In this document: positions 18,858 through 28,294 of the stretch, piece after piece
How positions within the stretch are numbered: the first letter of the stretch is position 1
How the letters are laid out: every line of letters begins with the position of its first letter
Origin: Planctomycetota bacterium
Lineage (GTDB): Bacteria; Planctomycetota; UBA8108; UBA1146
NCBI GenBank assembly: GCA_013911165.1
Contig: JACETR010000007.1
Coordinates: 1,144 to 65,143 of the forward strand
Direction: 5' to 3'
DNA: 64,000 nt
The notes under the pieces: generated by a model
Told to the model about the DNA's origin: nothing
Seen by the model: the letters and a program-made list of their open reading frames with translations, nothing else
Databases searched by the model: none
Position numbers and translations under genes: made by a program

Positions 18858-19688
18858 CTAGATCAGTCGTTTCAAAAGAGACTGTAAAAGCAGTTTTGGC
18901 TGATCCACGTGCAACCAGTGGCCGGCATTCGGCAAGACTTCGAGCGTATGCCGGAGCCGATCACTGTCGCATAGAGATCTCATTCGGGATCGGGTCGACT
19001 CTCCCACCACTTTCGATCGCTCCCCCACGATGAAATCGATTCGTTCGACACCTTCATGGGAAAGACACGGCCATGCGTCAAACTCATGATGACTCATCAG
19101 AAGATTTTCAATACGGTCCAGATCGAGTGGCAGGTGCAGGGTTTCGCCCTCCCTGCGAAGGTTTTTTCCGACCCAACCGGCAATCTCAGGTCGAAAACCG
19201 AAGCTTCCCATGTATTCGACGAACTCTCCCCGAGTAGCAAACGCCGCAGGTGCTGTCCGAAGTGCATCCATCAACGTCAGAACCTGAAAGTCCGCTCTGG
19301 ATTTCCCGGACATCAACAGGGGTCCAGGGTCCGCATCCAGGACAAACGCCTGACGAATAGACGACTGCCGAAGAGCGAGCAGAATGCCAATCTTGGAACC
19401 GAAGGAGTGCCCCACCACCGCATGAATCTCACCCTCAAAAGTCTCCAGCATCACTTCAAGATCGGTGATACAGGAATCCAGTTGATCCGGCGGACTTCCT
19501 GATTCGGATCGACCATGCAGCCTGTGATCAGGAACCAGTACCCCCAGATCAGGCCGGGCTTCGGCCAGATCCCGGGCAAATCCCGCCCAATTACCGCCTG
19601 CACCCAGAATTCCGTGCAGCAAAAGGACCCATTTTTGTGGGCTCGCTCCTGGGGCCACTCTCGTCATGAGGTGTAATTTTGCTGTCAT
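18858..19688 (-). CDS. Alpha/beta-fold hydrolase
   Basis: VLLLHGILGAGGNW and the nucleophile elbow GHSFGS are present. The internal ATG at 19688 is preferred. The listed ORF runs to 19784. Confidence 0.8.
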   Translation of the reverse strand: MTAKLHLMTRVAPGASPQKWVLLLHGILGAGGNWAGFARDLAEARPDLGVLVPDHRLHGRSESGSPPDQLDSCITDLEVMLETFEGEIHAVVGHSFGSKIGILLALRQSSIRQAFVLDADPGPLLMSGKSRADFQVLTLMDALRTAPAAFATRGEFVEYMGSFGFRPEIAGWVGKNLRREGETLHLPLDLDRIENLLMSHHEFDAWPCLSHEGVERIDFIVGERSKVVGESTRSRMRSLCDSDRLRHTLEVLPNAGHWLHVDQPKLLLQSLLKRLI

Positions 19689-19731
19689 TGGAAACTCCTG
19701 ACATGCCCTCGGCTCTCGCCCCGCCGGACCC

Positions 19732-19755
19732 GGTATTCCGGTATTCCGGTATTCT
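19732..19755. repeat. Three tandem 8-nt direct repeats (ggtattcc ggtattcc ggtattct) in a divergent intergenic region
   Basis: Read directly from the sequence. They lie between the hydrolase start (19688, minus) and the cytochrome start (19838, plus). Confidence 0.7.
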
Positions 19756-19837
19756 GGACCCGATTCACCGTCGCCCAAATCCAAAATTAGAACTTGCCGG
19801 AATTCTCATACGGTACCGCAGGAGTTATACTTTCTTT

Positions 19838-22666
19838 ATGGGCAATCAAGAAACAAACCCCGACCAAAATAGCCGAAAGTCACGGAGTTCCCGACCGGAC
19901 CCCGTTCACTCAGGATTGCGCCCTTGGCTGGCCGCGGTCTTTGGTCTGTTTGCCCTGTTGGGAATTAACTCTTTCTACCTGTTGGCGGTCACGGTCGCTG
20001 AAAAGATTCTCAAAAGTCAATTCCAGGATTCCTTTTATCAGTGGATGTTCCTCGTCCATCTGGTTCTGGGTGTTCTGATCATTTTACCCTTTGTGGTTTT
20101 CGGCTTCTGGCACCTGAAGCGATCCTGGTCTCACCCCAACCGACGGGCAGTCAAAGCGGGTATGGGCCTTTTCATTGCCAGCTTGCTTCTCTTGATTTCC
20201 GGAGTGCTGCTGACCCGGATTGAGGGAATCCTCGAGATCCGTTCCCCCGCCTGGAGAACCATCTTCTATGCCACTCATGTTGCCACACCCATGGTGACGA
20301 TTTGGCTCTTTGTTCTTCACAGGCTTGCCGGAGTGCCGATTCGCTGGGCAGTCAGTTATCGCTGGAGCTTCGCCGGACTCTTGTTCGTCCTTCTGATGCT
20401 CGTCTGGCATCAGTACTCGGTCCCACCCGGAATGACGCCTGCGGCAGGAGACCAGTATTTTGAGCCTTCACTTGCAAGGACCAGTGACGGTAAGTTCATC
20501 GAGGCTCACCGACTGATGCGGGATGACTCTTGTCGAGAGTGCCACCCTGACGTTCATTCCCGTTGGTCCGAATCGGCACACCGATTCAGTTCATTCAACA
20601 ACCCTGCTTACTTGGCAAGTGTCAAAAACACCCGTGATTTCCTCATGGAGAGGGACGGTGACGTCCATGCCTCACGATTTTGTGCCGGCTGCCATGATCC
20701 GGTTCCATTCTTCAGTGGCGCATTTGATGACCCGGACTTCGACATGGACAACCACCCCACAGCCCATGCCGCCATCACATGCACCGTCTGTCATGCCATA
20801 GAGTCTGTCCCGGGTCCGAGAGGAAATGGCGAATATGTGATCGGACAGCCTGAGCTGTATCCGTTTGCCATGAGCGAGGACCCGCTTCTCAAATGGGTCA
20901 ATCGTCAACTGATCAAGGCAAAGCCTGCGTTCCATAAAAAAACTTACCTCAAGCCTTTGCATGAACAGGCAGAATTTTGCGGCTCGTGCCACAAGGTTCA
21001 TATCCCCGAAGAACTCAATCATTACAAATGGCTCCGAGGGCAGAACCACTACGATTCTTGGCTTCTCAGCGGAGTCAGTGGACACGGTGTCGCTTCCTTC
21101 TATTACCCCGCTCAAGCTGAAAATGATTGCAATGGCTGTCACATGCCGGCGATGCCCAGTACCGATTTTGGTGCAAAAGACATCACCGGTACGGGAATCC
21201 TTTCTGTGCATGACCATCTGTTCCCGGGAGCCAACACAGCCATGCGAGCCATGGTCGGAACCAGCGAATCTTCTCTGGAAGTCCACCGGAAGTTTCTCGA
21301 GGGTTCTATCGACGTAGATATCTTTGGTATTCGCCGTGGAGACGACGTGGATGCTCCCCTTGAGGCCCCGATTCATCCGAGGATTCCTGCAATCGAGCCT
21401 GGCGAGACCATTCTTGTACAAACAGTCCTGCGAACGATGGGAATGGGTCACCATTTCACCGAGGGGACTGCCGATTCCAATCAGACCTGGGTCTCTATGG
21501 AAGTCTTTTTGGACGGTGAACCGATCGCTTCCAGTGGACTCCTCGATGAAAAGGGAGTTCTGGACCCCTGGTCTCACATGATGAACGCCCTTGTTCTTGA
21601 CCGGGAAGGGAATCGGATCCACGAACGAAATGTCGAAGACATCTTTATTGCGCTCTACAACCACCAGATTCCTCCGGGTGCTGCGGATTCTCTCCACTAT
21701 CGACTCGACGTTCCGAATGCACCGGGATCAAAGTTGACGGTACGAGCCAAAGCCCTTTACAGAAAATTCGACACACACTTCCTGAGCCTGTTCATGGATG
21801 GTGAGCGAAATGATCTTCCTGTGGTGACATTGGGTGAGGACGAAGTGACCTTTGTCATCGGTGGCCCCGAAATCGAGGTCGATATCGAGGAGAGCAAGCC
21901 CACCTGGATACGCTGGAATGATTATGGAATCGGCATGCTCCGCAAGGGAGCCAAAGGCGCAGTTCGAGGAGAGTTGGTGACTGCCATCTCTGCCTTCGAA
22001 GAAGTGACTCGCCTCGGACGACCCGACGGTGCAATGAACAAGGCAAGGGCACTGATCAAGGCGGGAAGACTGGATGAAGCGGCCCTGTCTCTGGACAAAG
22101 CAGCTCAACACGATCCTCCTCCCCCGCCCTGGAGCCTCGATTGGTTTGGCAGCCTTGTGAACCGGGAAAACGGTTACTACGACGCCGCCCTGACCACCCT
22201 TCTGCGCCTCTACGAAACCCGCTATCCCGGTGCTGCCGAGAGAGGCTTTGATTTTTCCAGAGACGTGCGTCTGCTCAATGAACTGGGAACGGTCTGCTTT
22301 GCCATCGCCCGTCAAAGAGAAGAAGGCAAATCGGAAAATCTCCAGATCGCCCTCAACTGGTTCGACAAGGTATTGGTCGAAGATCCGGAAAATACCTCCG
22401 CTCATTGGAACCTGGCCCAGATCCACGACCTGTTGGCGCTGGATCAAAATCAGGGCGCCGATTCCCCATCCGACTCGGTCGACCATGCAGCCAAGGCCAA
22501 TTTCCACAGAAGTGAGCACTCTCGATACAAAGTTGACGACAATGCCCGGGATGTTTCCGTTTCCGCCCACCGGGCCAATAATCCACCCGCAAATGCCTCA
22601 GCCGAAGCGATTGTGATTTACCCTCTTCAGCCGATAGAATCCGGTGAAGAAGAGGGCAAGAAGTAA
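19838..22666 (+). CDS. Membrane-anchored multiheme (5 x CxxCH) c-type cytochrome with His-containing TM bundle and C-terminal TPR-like region
   Basis: The heme motifs are CRECH, CAGCH, CTVCH, CGSCH and CNGCH. The N-terminus has about 5 TM helices with conserved-looking His residues (FLVHLV, YATHVA, FVLHRL). The C-terminus is helical-repeat. The ATG at 19838 is preferred over the listed 19679. Confidence 0.85.
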   Translation: MGNQETNPDQNSRKSRSSRPDPVHSGLRPWLAAVFGLFALLGINSFYLLAVTVAEKILKSQFQDSFYQWMFLVHLVLGVLIILPFVVFGFWHLKRSWSHPNRRAVKAGMGLFIASLLLLISGVLLTRIEGILEIRSPAWRTIFYATHVATPMVTIWLFVLHRLAGVPIRWAVSYRWSFAGLLFVLLMLVWHQYSVPPGMTPAAGDQYFEPSLARTSDGKFIEAHRLMRDDSCRECHPDVHSRWSESAHRFSSFNNPAYLASVKNTRDFLMERDGDVHASRFCAGCHDPVPFFSGAFDDPDFDMDNHPTAHAAITCTVCHAIESVPGPRGNGEYVIGQPELYPFAMSEDPLLKWVNRQLIKAKPAFHKKTYLKPLHEQAEFCGSCHKVHIPEELNHYKWLRGQNHYDSWLLSGVSGHGVASFYYPAQAENDCNGCHMPAMPSTDFGAKDITGTGILSVHDHLFPGANTAMRAMVGTSESSLEVHRKFLEGSIDVDIFGIRRGDDVDAPLEAPIHPRIPAIEPGETILVQTVLRTMGMGHHFTEGTADSNQTWVSMEVFLDGEPIASSGLLDEKGVLDPWSHMMNALVLDREGNRIHERNVEDIFIALYNHQIPPGAADSLHYRLDVPNAPGSKLTVRAKALYRKFDTHFLSLFMDGERNDLPVVTLGEDEVTFVIGGPEIEVDIEESKPTWIRWNDYGIGMLRKGAKGAVRGELVTAISAFEEVTRLGRPDGAMNKARALIKAGRLDEAALSLDKAAQHDPPPPPWSLDWFGSLVNRENGYYDAALTTLLRLYETRYPGAAERGFDFSRDVRLLNELGTVCFAIARQREEGKSENLQIALNWFDKVLVEDPENTSAHWNLAQIHDLLALDQNQGADSPSDSVDHAAKANFHRSEHSRYKVDDNARDVSVSAHRANNPPANASAEAIVIYPLQPIESGEEEGKK

Positions 22667-24480
22667 TGACCGATCCTTCCAATAATCCAGACTCTCCTGA
22701 TCCCGAAAATCAGGACGACGAAGTCATTGGGCAAGCATTCCAAAAAAGTGTTCGAATCCTTGGAATCCTCGCTCTTCTCGCAGCCGGGTTGTGGTTCTTG
22801 TCTAACTACGAGCCTTCTGCAGAACCGGTCGAATCTGGGCCCGAAGTACCGATCCGGCCCAGGGGTCAAGACGGAACAGTCAGTGCTCCTCCTCTCCCTT
22901 TCAAGGACATCACCCTCAGTGCAGGCATCGATTTCACCCATGACGATGGGGCCAGAGGCAAAAAGTTGCTCCCCGAAACGATGGGAAGCGGCTGCGCATT
23001 TGTCGACGTCGACTCCGATGGGGACAGTGATATCCTTCTCGCCAGTGGCCGTCCGTGGAAATGGACCAGCGAAAAACCCGCGGATTCCACACTTCGGTTG
23101 TGGTTAAACGACGGTAACGGCCAATTTGTCGAAGCCAGCCGGGAATGGCGACTCGAGATCGACGCTTACTGTACTGGACTGGCCGTCGGCGATGTCGACG
23201 GTGACGGAGATCAGGATTTTTTCGTCGCGGCGGTGGGCTCGGACCTGCTCCTGATGAATCAGGGGGATCACTTCAGTGTTGCGGATCAAGCCGGTGTTTC
23301 CGGCGGCTCCGACGCCTGGTCGAGTAGTGCAGGTTTTTTCGATGCGGATGCTGATGGAGATCTGGATCTCTTTGTTTGCCAGTATGTTCAATGGTCTCCA
23401 GAGAAGGACCTCGAAGTCGATTATCGACTCACTGGGGTTGGCAGGGCCTATGGCCCTCCCACCAACTTCGAGGGAAGTCCGTGTCGTCTTCACCTTAACG
23501 ATGGTTCCGGAACCTTTAGTGACTTCAGCGTTCAGGCAGGACTGCAGACTCCGGACCTCTCCAAGGCGACCAAAGCTCTTGCCATGTTGACGACGGACTT
23601 CGACCGCGACGGTGACATCGATGTCATCGTCGCTAATGACACCACACGAAACTTTGTATTCAGAAACGACGGACAGGCCCGTTTCGAAGAAGTCGGAGTC
23701 GAATGTGGTTTGGCTTACGACGCCAATGGGTCTGCGACGGGGGCAATGGGACTGGACCTTTGCGATTACCGCAATGATGGCGGACTGGGAGTTGCCGTTG
23801 CCAACTTTTCGGCAGAGATGACTGGCCTCTATCGCTCGATGCCCGCTTCAGAGCTTTTTATCGACGAATCGGTGAACGAGGGGATTGGTCCCCCCAGTCG
23901 AAAGGCTCTTTCCTTTGGACTGCTCTTTTTTGATGTCGATCTGGATGGCCGCCAGGATCTGATTCAGGCCAACGGGCATCTCGAGGAAGAGATTGCCACA
24001 GTTCAACCAGGCCAAGAGTACCGACAGCAGGCACAACTTTTCTGGAACCGTGGCCCCGGTGCTGGTTGCTATGTGGAGGTTGCTGGGGACAAGACCGGTG
24101 ATCTGTCGATTCCGGCGATTGGCCGAGGCCTCGCCAGTGCAGATATCGACGGGGATGGAGATCTGGACCTTCTGTTGACCCAGGTGGGTGAACCAGTACG
24201 CCTGCTCCGAAACGATCAAGGGACAGGGCACCAATGGATTCGCATCCGCACTGAAGGAATCTCGCCCGGCAGTTGGATTGAGTGTCGTCAGGGAGAATCA
24301 GTCCAAAGGCAGATGATCGGAACCACCCGCTCCTATTTGAGCCAGTGCGAAGCAGTGGCCACCTTTGGACTGGGGAATTCCACAGAAATCCCCGTTATCA
24401 CCGTTCTTGAGCAAGGAAAATCTGCCTACACCTTTGAACCAGAGGGATTGAATCGCACTCTTTCAATACCCGTCAAGTGA
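22666..24480 (+). CDS. CRTAC1-family protein (FG-GAP/VCBS repeats plus ASPIC/UnbV C-terminal domain), N-terminal membrane anchor
   Basis: Repeated DVDxDGDxD motifs are present: FVDVDSDGDSDIL, VGDVDGDGDQDFF, FDADADGDLDLF, FDRDGDIDV, DIDGDGDLDLLL. The UnbV-like tail reads NHWIRIR-type (GHQWIRIRTEG). The ATG shares 1 nt with the upstream TAA (TAATG). Confidence 0.85.
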   Translation: MTDPSNNPDSPDPENQDDEVIGQAFQKSVRILGILALLAAGLWFLSNYEPSAEPVESGPEVPIRPRGQDGTVSAPPLPFKDITLSAGIDFTHDDGARGKKLLPETMGSGCAFVDVDSDGDSDILLASGRPWKWTSEKPADSTLRLWLNDGNGQFVEASREWRLEIDAYCTGLAVGDVDGDGDQDFFVAAVGSDLLLMNQGDHFSVADQAGVSGGSDAWSSSAGFFDADADGDLDLFVCQYVQWSPEKDLEVDYRLTGVGRAYGPPTNFEGSPCRLHLNDGSGTFSDFSVQAGLQTPDLSKATKALAMLTTDFDRDGDIDVIVANDTTRNFVFRNDGQARFEEVGVECGLAYDANGSATGAMGLDLCDYRNDGGLGVAVANFSAEMTGLYRSMPASELFIDESVNEGIGPPSRKALSFGLLFFDVDLDGRQDLIQANGHLEEEIATVQPGQEYRQQAQLFWNRGPGAGCYVEVAGDKTGDLSIPAIGRGLASADIDGDGDLDLLLTQVGEPVRLLRNDQGTGHQWIRIRTEGISPGSWIECRQGESVQRQMIGTTRSYLSQCEAVATFGLGNSTEIPVITVLEQGKSAYTFEPEGLNRTLSIPVK

Positions 24481-24613
24481 CTCCCACTTGTCATTTGTGT
24501 ATCTGGTAACGCTCACACTTTCGGCACAAAGTCATCCCTTATGGCAATGCTATAAATGAAACGGGGCCAGTTCCCTGCAAATTTTGAACATTCGCTTATT
24601 GGGGGGAAATGAT

Positions 24614-25435
24614 ATGAGTTTCCGATCGATCTTATTGTTGATTCTTGTAACTGCATTCCTGACAACAAATCTCGAAGCTCAGGTGGCCGGACTGGAAATC
24701 GTCGGTGGTGAAGGATACGCAGAAACAACGATTACAGCTCAGATTCTCTTCTCTACCGATCTTCCCACACATGGCTTCAGCCTTGGTGTTTCCCACGACC
24801 CTGCAATTCTGTCAGTGGAATCCCTCGCGAATGTTCACACTGGAGCACTCCTCCAGGCATTGAATGGAAATTCCGGCCCCGACTTTTTTGAAGTCAATAT
24901 CGCTCCTGCTGGCGGCACAGGAATCACCGTTGCCTGCATTACCGATCTGTTTAGCCCCTTCGACCTGTTACCCATGATGACCTCAGAACCCCTGATCCAG
25001 ATCGATTACCTGATTCTCCCAGATGCTCCAGTGGGCACTCTTTCACCCTTGACCCTGACTTCCGATTTGGGCAGCCCACCCGTGCAAACCGTCATGGTCC
25101 TTGAGTTGGCAGAGGTGACCCCCACGATGGCTTCCGGATCTATCCTGATCACGGAACCTCTCTTTATACGCGGGGACCTGAATCAGAATGGCAGCGTCAG
25201 CCTTCTCGATGGAGTTCTCCTCCTGTACCGGGTTTCCGGGCTCGAGCCCCCCGGCAGTTGTCGTGACGCCGACGATATCAATGACGATGGAGTCTTGACG
25301 ATCGGGGATGCGGTCTACCTCTTTCAGTACATGTTCACGGGTGGAGCTCCGATCCCGGGATCAGATGGGACCTGCAATCCGGATCTGACCAATGACGACC
25401 CCCTCGATTGCGCAGATTTCCTGATCTGCGACTGA
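24614..25435 (+). CDS. Secreted protein with a cohesin-like N-terminal module and a dockerin-like C-terminal module
   Basis: The signal peptide is MSFRSILLLILVTAFLTTNLEAQ. The dockerin-like duplicated Ca-binding segments are GDLNQNGSVSLLDGVLLL and DINDDGVLTIGDAVYLFQYMF. ATG at 24614 lies after ggggggaaatgat. Confidence 0.65.
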   Translation: MSFRSILLLILVTAFLTTNLEAQVAGLEIVGGEGYAETTITAQILFSTDLPTHGFSLGVSHDPAILSVESLANVHTGALLQALNGNSGPDFFEVNIAPAGGTGITVACITDLFSPFDLLPMMTSEPLIQIDYLILPDAPVGTLSPLTLTSDLGSPPVQTVMVLELAEVTPTMASGSILITEPLFIRGDLNQNGSVSLLDGVLLLYRVSGLEPPGSCRDADDINDDGVLTIGDAVYLFQYMFTGGAPIPGSDGTCNPDLTNDDPLDCADFLICD

Positions 25436-25554
25436 TCGGTCGGCTCAAGCAGTAACGCTTCCGAAATCCTGACCACTTCTTCTGTGATTTATTCACTGCC
25501 AGCGGGTATTCTGCCCCTGCTTGATCAGGAAACCCGTTTCATTCAGGGGGCAGC

Positions 25555-26040
25555 TTGGGCACCGGAATTCCCAGATATCAACCCAATGCTCCTCTCCCGG
25601 GCGTTCCCTATTGGCCAGGAGTGAATCAAAAGGACCCCGATTTCCATATCCTGCCAAGGCAGTCCCCCGGTCCATGGAGTGAAGATCACAGTTACCTCCA
25701 CGGAGTAGACCTCTTCAATCATGGTTGTTACTGGGAAGCCCATGAAGCCTGGGAAGACCTGTGGCTCCCTCTCGAAAATGAAGACCCCCTGCGTATCTTT
25801 ACCCAGGGATTGATCCAGGCGAGTGCTGCACTGTTGAAAATCCGTCTTCAACAACCTCGCCCCGCCAACTCGATCTGGAGCAGGGGGAAGTCCAGACTCG
25901 TGTTGATTGATTCACAACAGGAGGACACTCATTACCGGGGAATCCACATCCAAAACTTTTGTCACGGGATTGACCAGATCATAGAAAACGAGAATCCCCA
26001 TTTTTCCTCACCCCTGATCCGACTCGAGGAGTTGGGATAA
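25555..26040 (+). CDS. DUF309 family protein
   Basis: YLHGVDLFNHGCYWEAHEAWEDLW is the DUF309 signature. The start is TTG or another near-cognate codon and is uncertain. Confidence 0.7.
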   Translation: MGTGIPRYQPNAPLPGVPYWPGVNQKDPDFHILPRQSPGPWSEDHSYLHGVDLFNHGCYWEAHEAWEDLWLPLENEDPLRIFTQGLIQASAALLKIRLQQPRPANSIWSRGKSRLVLIDSQQEDTHYRGIHIQNFCHGIDQIIENENPHFSSPLIRLEELG

Positions 26041-26744
26041 TGCTGCCAAAGATTCTTCATCAAACGGATCAAGCGGTCTATGCAAGCAAGCCTTCGGGTA
26101 TGTTCGTTCACCCTACCGATGAGCAGCGAGGCAGCGGAGAGACGCTTTTGACATGGATTCGCGATCGAGTCGGTCAATTCGTCTACCCCGTTCATCGAAT
26201 CGACCGGGCTTCCTCTGGAATCGTGTGTATGGGAATGAGTTCGGAGTCCGCAGCCGGGTTGCAATCGTTGATCCAGGCCCCTCAGGCCATCAAGAGTTAC
26301 CTTGTACTGGTCAGAGGCGACACACCCCTCGAATTTGAATGTGACCTGCCACTCTCGAGAAAAAAGAAAGAAACCCCTGTCCCTGCCTTGACCCACTTTC
26401 GCAAGGTCATGGGAAAAAATGGCTTCAGCCTGCTTGAAGCCCGAATCGAAACAGGGAGAAGGCATCAGATCCGCAGGCACCTCGCACGTCTCGGTCATCA
26501 AGTGGTCGGAGACAGCACCTACGGCAAAGGCCGAATTAATGACAGCTTGAGGAGAGACCACGGCCTTCCAAGACTCTTCCTTCACGCCTATCTCCTCGAT
26601 CACCCCGGAGGGAATGCCTCCATTTCTGAGCACCGACAGATCGATCCTCTCCCTGCAGACCTTCTCGTCTTCCTGAGACTGCTCTTCGATGAGCCTCAGC
26701 TGCTTCCCGGTGGTTTTCTGGAAGAGGCTGGCGAGACGTGCTGA
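26040..26744 (+). CDS. RluA-family pseudouridine synthase (TruC-like, no S4 domain)
   Basis: HRIDRASSGIV contains the catalytic Asp motif, and GRRHQIRRHLARLGHQVVGDSTYG is also present. The ATG overlaps the upstream TAA by 1 nt. Confidence 0.85.
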   Translation: MLPKILHQTDQAVYASKPSGMFVHPTDEQRGSGETLLTWIRDRVGQFVYPVHRIDRASSGIVCMGMSSESAAGLQSLIQAPQAIKSYLVLVRGDTPLEFECDLPLSRKKKETPVPALTHFRKVMGKNGFSLLEARIETGRRHQIRRHLARLGHQVVGDSTYGKGRINDSLRRDHGLPRLFLHAYLLDHPGGNASISEHRQIDPLPADLLVFLRLLFDEPQLLPGGFLEEAGETC

Positions 26745-28294
26745 ACCGTGACCACTCTCTGTTCTATTGGATTTGGGGGGTTCCCCTCGCGGTATTGATT
26801 CTCCGCTGCCTCTTTCAAGGCTTTCTCTATCCATGGGAACTGAGTGGAGATGAAGCCCAGTATTGGGATTGGTCTCGGCACCCCGCCCTTTCTTACTACA
26901 CCAAGGGTCCGGGAGTCACATGGTTGATCACAACCACTACGACTCTCTTTGGTGACGGCATTTTCGGGATTCGCCTGGGGAGTTTTCTCTGTCATGGGAT
27001 TGCCGGAGTCGCCGTCGGCAGTATTGCCACCAGACTGTCGGACCAGCACGCCCCCACAGTTTTGACGACTGTGATCGGTTATCAATGCCTCCTCGGGTAC
27101 CAGATCGGTGGCTCCCTGATCACGGTGGACATGATGATGGTCGCGGGCTGGTCCATCGCCACTCTCGCCACTCTTCAAACGCTGGAAAATGCCGATGAGG
27201 GAAGTTCTGTTCGCCATCCACTCTGGATCATGGGTCTCGGTCTCGGTTTTGCGTTTCTCGCCAAATACACCGCTCTGCTGGGAGCGTTGGGTTTGGGAGT
27301 CGCACTCTGGCTGCAACGATCCCGATTGAAAAATGTCAGCGGACTCCGCACGGGAATCGCAGGAGCCTGTGGATTTCTTCTCTTGGGAATGCTTCCGGTC
27401 ATCCTTTGGAATGCCCAGCGTGGTTGGCCAACGATTGAGCACCTTTTGGGACACCTTCATGTCCCTGGCGGTGACAGCGGAACCACCTCATGGCTCGAGT
27501 ATGATCCGATCTGGACTCTGAAGTATCTGGCACAAGTTCTCGGTCTCGCTGGCCCCCTGTTGGGTTGGATCATGCTGAGAAGCTTTTTCCTTCGTAATCC
27601 AGTCTCGCCAAAACAATTAGGAATCATCTCGGTGTTGCGCTGGAGTGCTCTGCCTTTGTTGGCTTTTTACCTGCTCGTTTCCATCAAGGGCCCCACTGAG
27701 GGAAACTGGGCGGTCGGTGCCTACGCCCCTCTCATTCCCCTCGGTGCATTCTGGCTCCAGCATGAATGTTCTGAATTCCAGAAGAGGATCTGGTGCATCC
27801 TGATCGGAATACGAGGACTGTTGACGGGGATACTGTTGTTGACCTTGATCACCAGTGCTCCCACTCTCAACTCCTGGCTCAATTCGGCAGGTCTGAAGGG
27901 GCTGCCGATTCACAGGATTTCCGGGCACCAACAGTTTGCAGACCAGTTACACCGAAAAATGCAGGATGAAGGTCTTTCTGAGGCCCCTGTCGTCTGCAAC
28001 TACTACGACAAGACTGCATTGCTGGCCTACTATCTTCCGCTTAAACCCGAAGTCTACTGCGCTTCAGTCGCACTCGGATCCCGACCTTCAGCGTATGATG
28101 ATTTCACGAGCACCCGGTTTCCTTCTTCCCGTTTTTCCGGCAGGCAGGTGATCCTGGTCGGAGCAGACCTCGAGTCCTGGAAGTTGGCCCTCCAACCGAC
28201 AGAGATTCGGTCACTGGGTACACTGATTCAAAGAAATCGACCCCGCGAAATCTTTGTGACAAAGTTGCGTACTTCAGAAGGGAATCGCCCATGA
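26738..28294 (+). CDS. Glycosyltransferase family 39 (ArnT/PMT-like) membrane protein
   Basis: It is polytopic, with the N-terminal block GDEAQYWDWSRHPALSYYTKGPG typical of ArnT-like GT39 enzymes. It overlaps the upstream gene by 7 nt. Confidence 0.8.
   Translation: MLNRDHSLFYWIWGVPLAVLILRCLFQGFLYPWELSGDEAQYWDWSRHPALSYYTKGPGVTWLITTTTTLFGDGIFGIRLGSFLCHGIAGVAVGSIATRLSDQHAPTVLTTVIGYQCLLGYQIGGSLITVDMMMVAGWSIATLATLQTLENADEGSSVRHPLWIMGLGLGFAFLAKYTALLGALGLGVALWLQRSRLKNVSGLRTGIAGACGFLLLGMLPVILWNAQRGWPTIEHLLGHLHVPGGDSGTTSWLEYDPIWTLKYLAQVLGLAGPLLGWIMLRSFFLRNPVSPKQLGIISVLRWSALPLLAFYLLVSIKGPTEGNWAVGAYAPLIPLGAFWLQHECSEFQKRIWCILIGIRGLLTGILLLTLITSAPTLNSWLNSAGLKGLPIHRISGHQQFADQLHRKMQDEGLSEAPVVCNYYDKTALLAYYLPLKPEVYCASVALGSRPSAYDDFTSTRFPSSRFSGRQVILVGADLESWKLALQPTEIRSLGTLIQRNRPREIFVTKLRTSEGNRP

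Noticed and set aside
20672-21697. 341-aa ORF antisense to the multiheme cytochrome gene
   Set aside because: The plus strand carries five CxxCH motifs in one frame. The antisense product has no motifs and lies wholly inside the gene.
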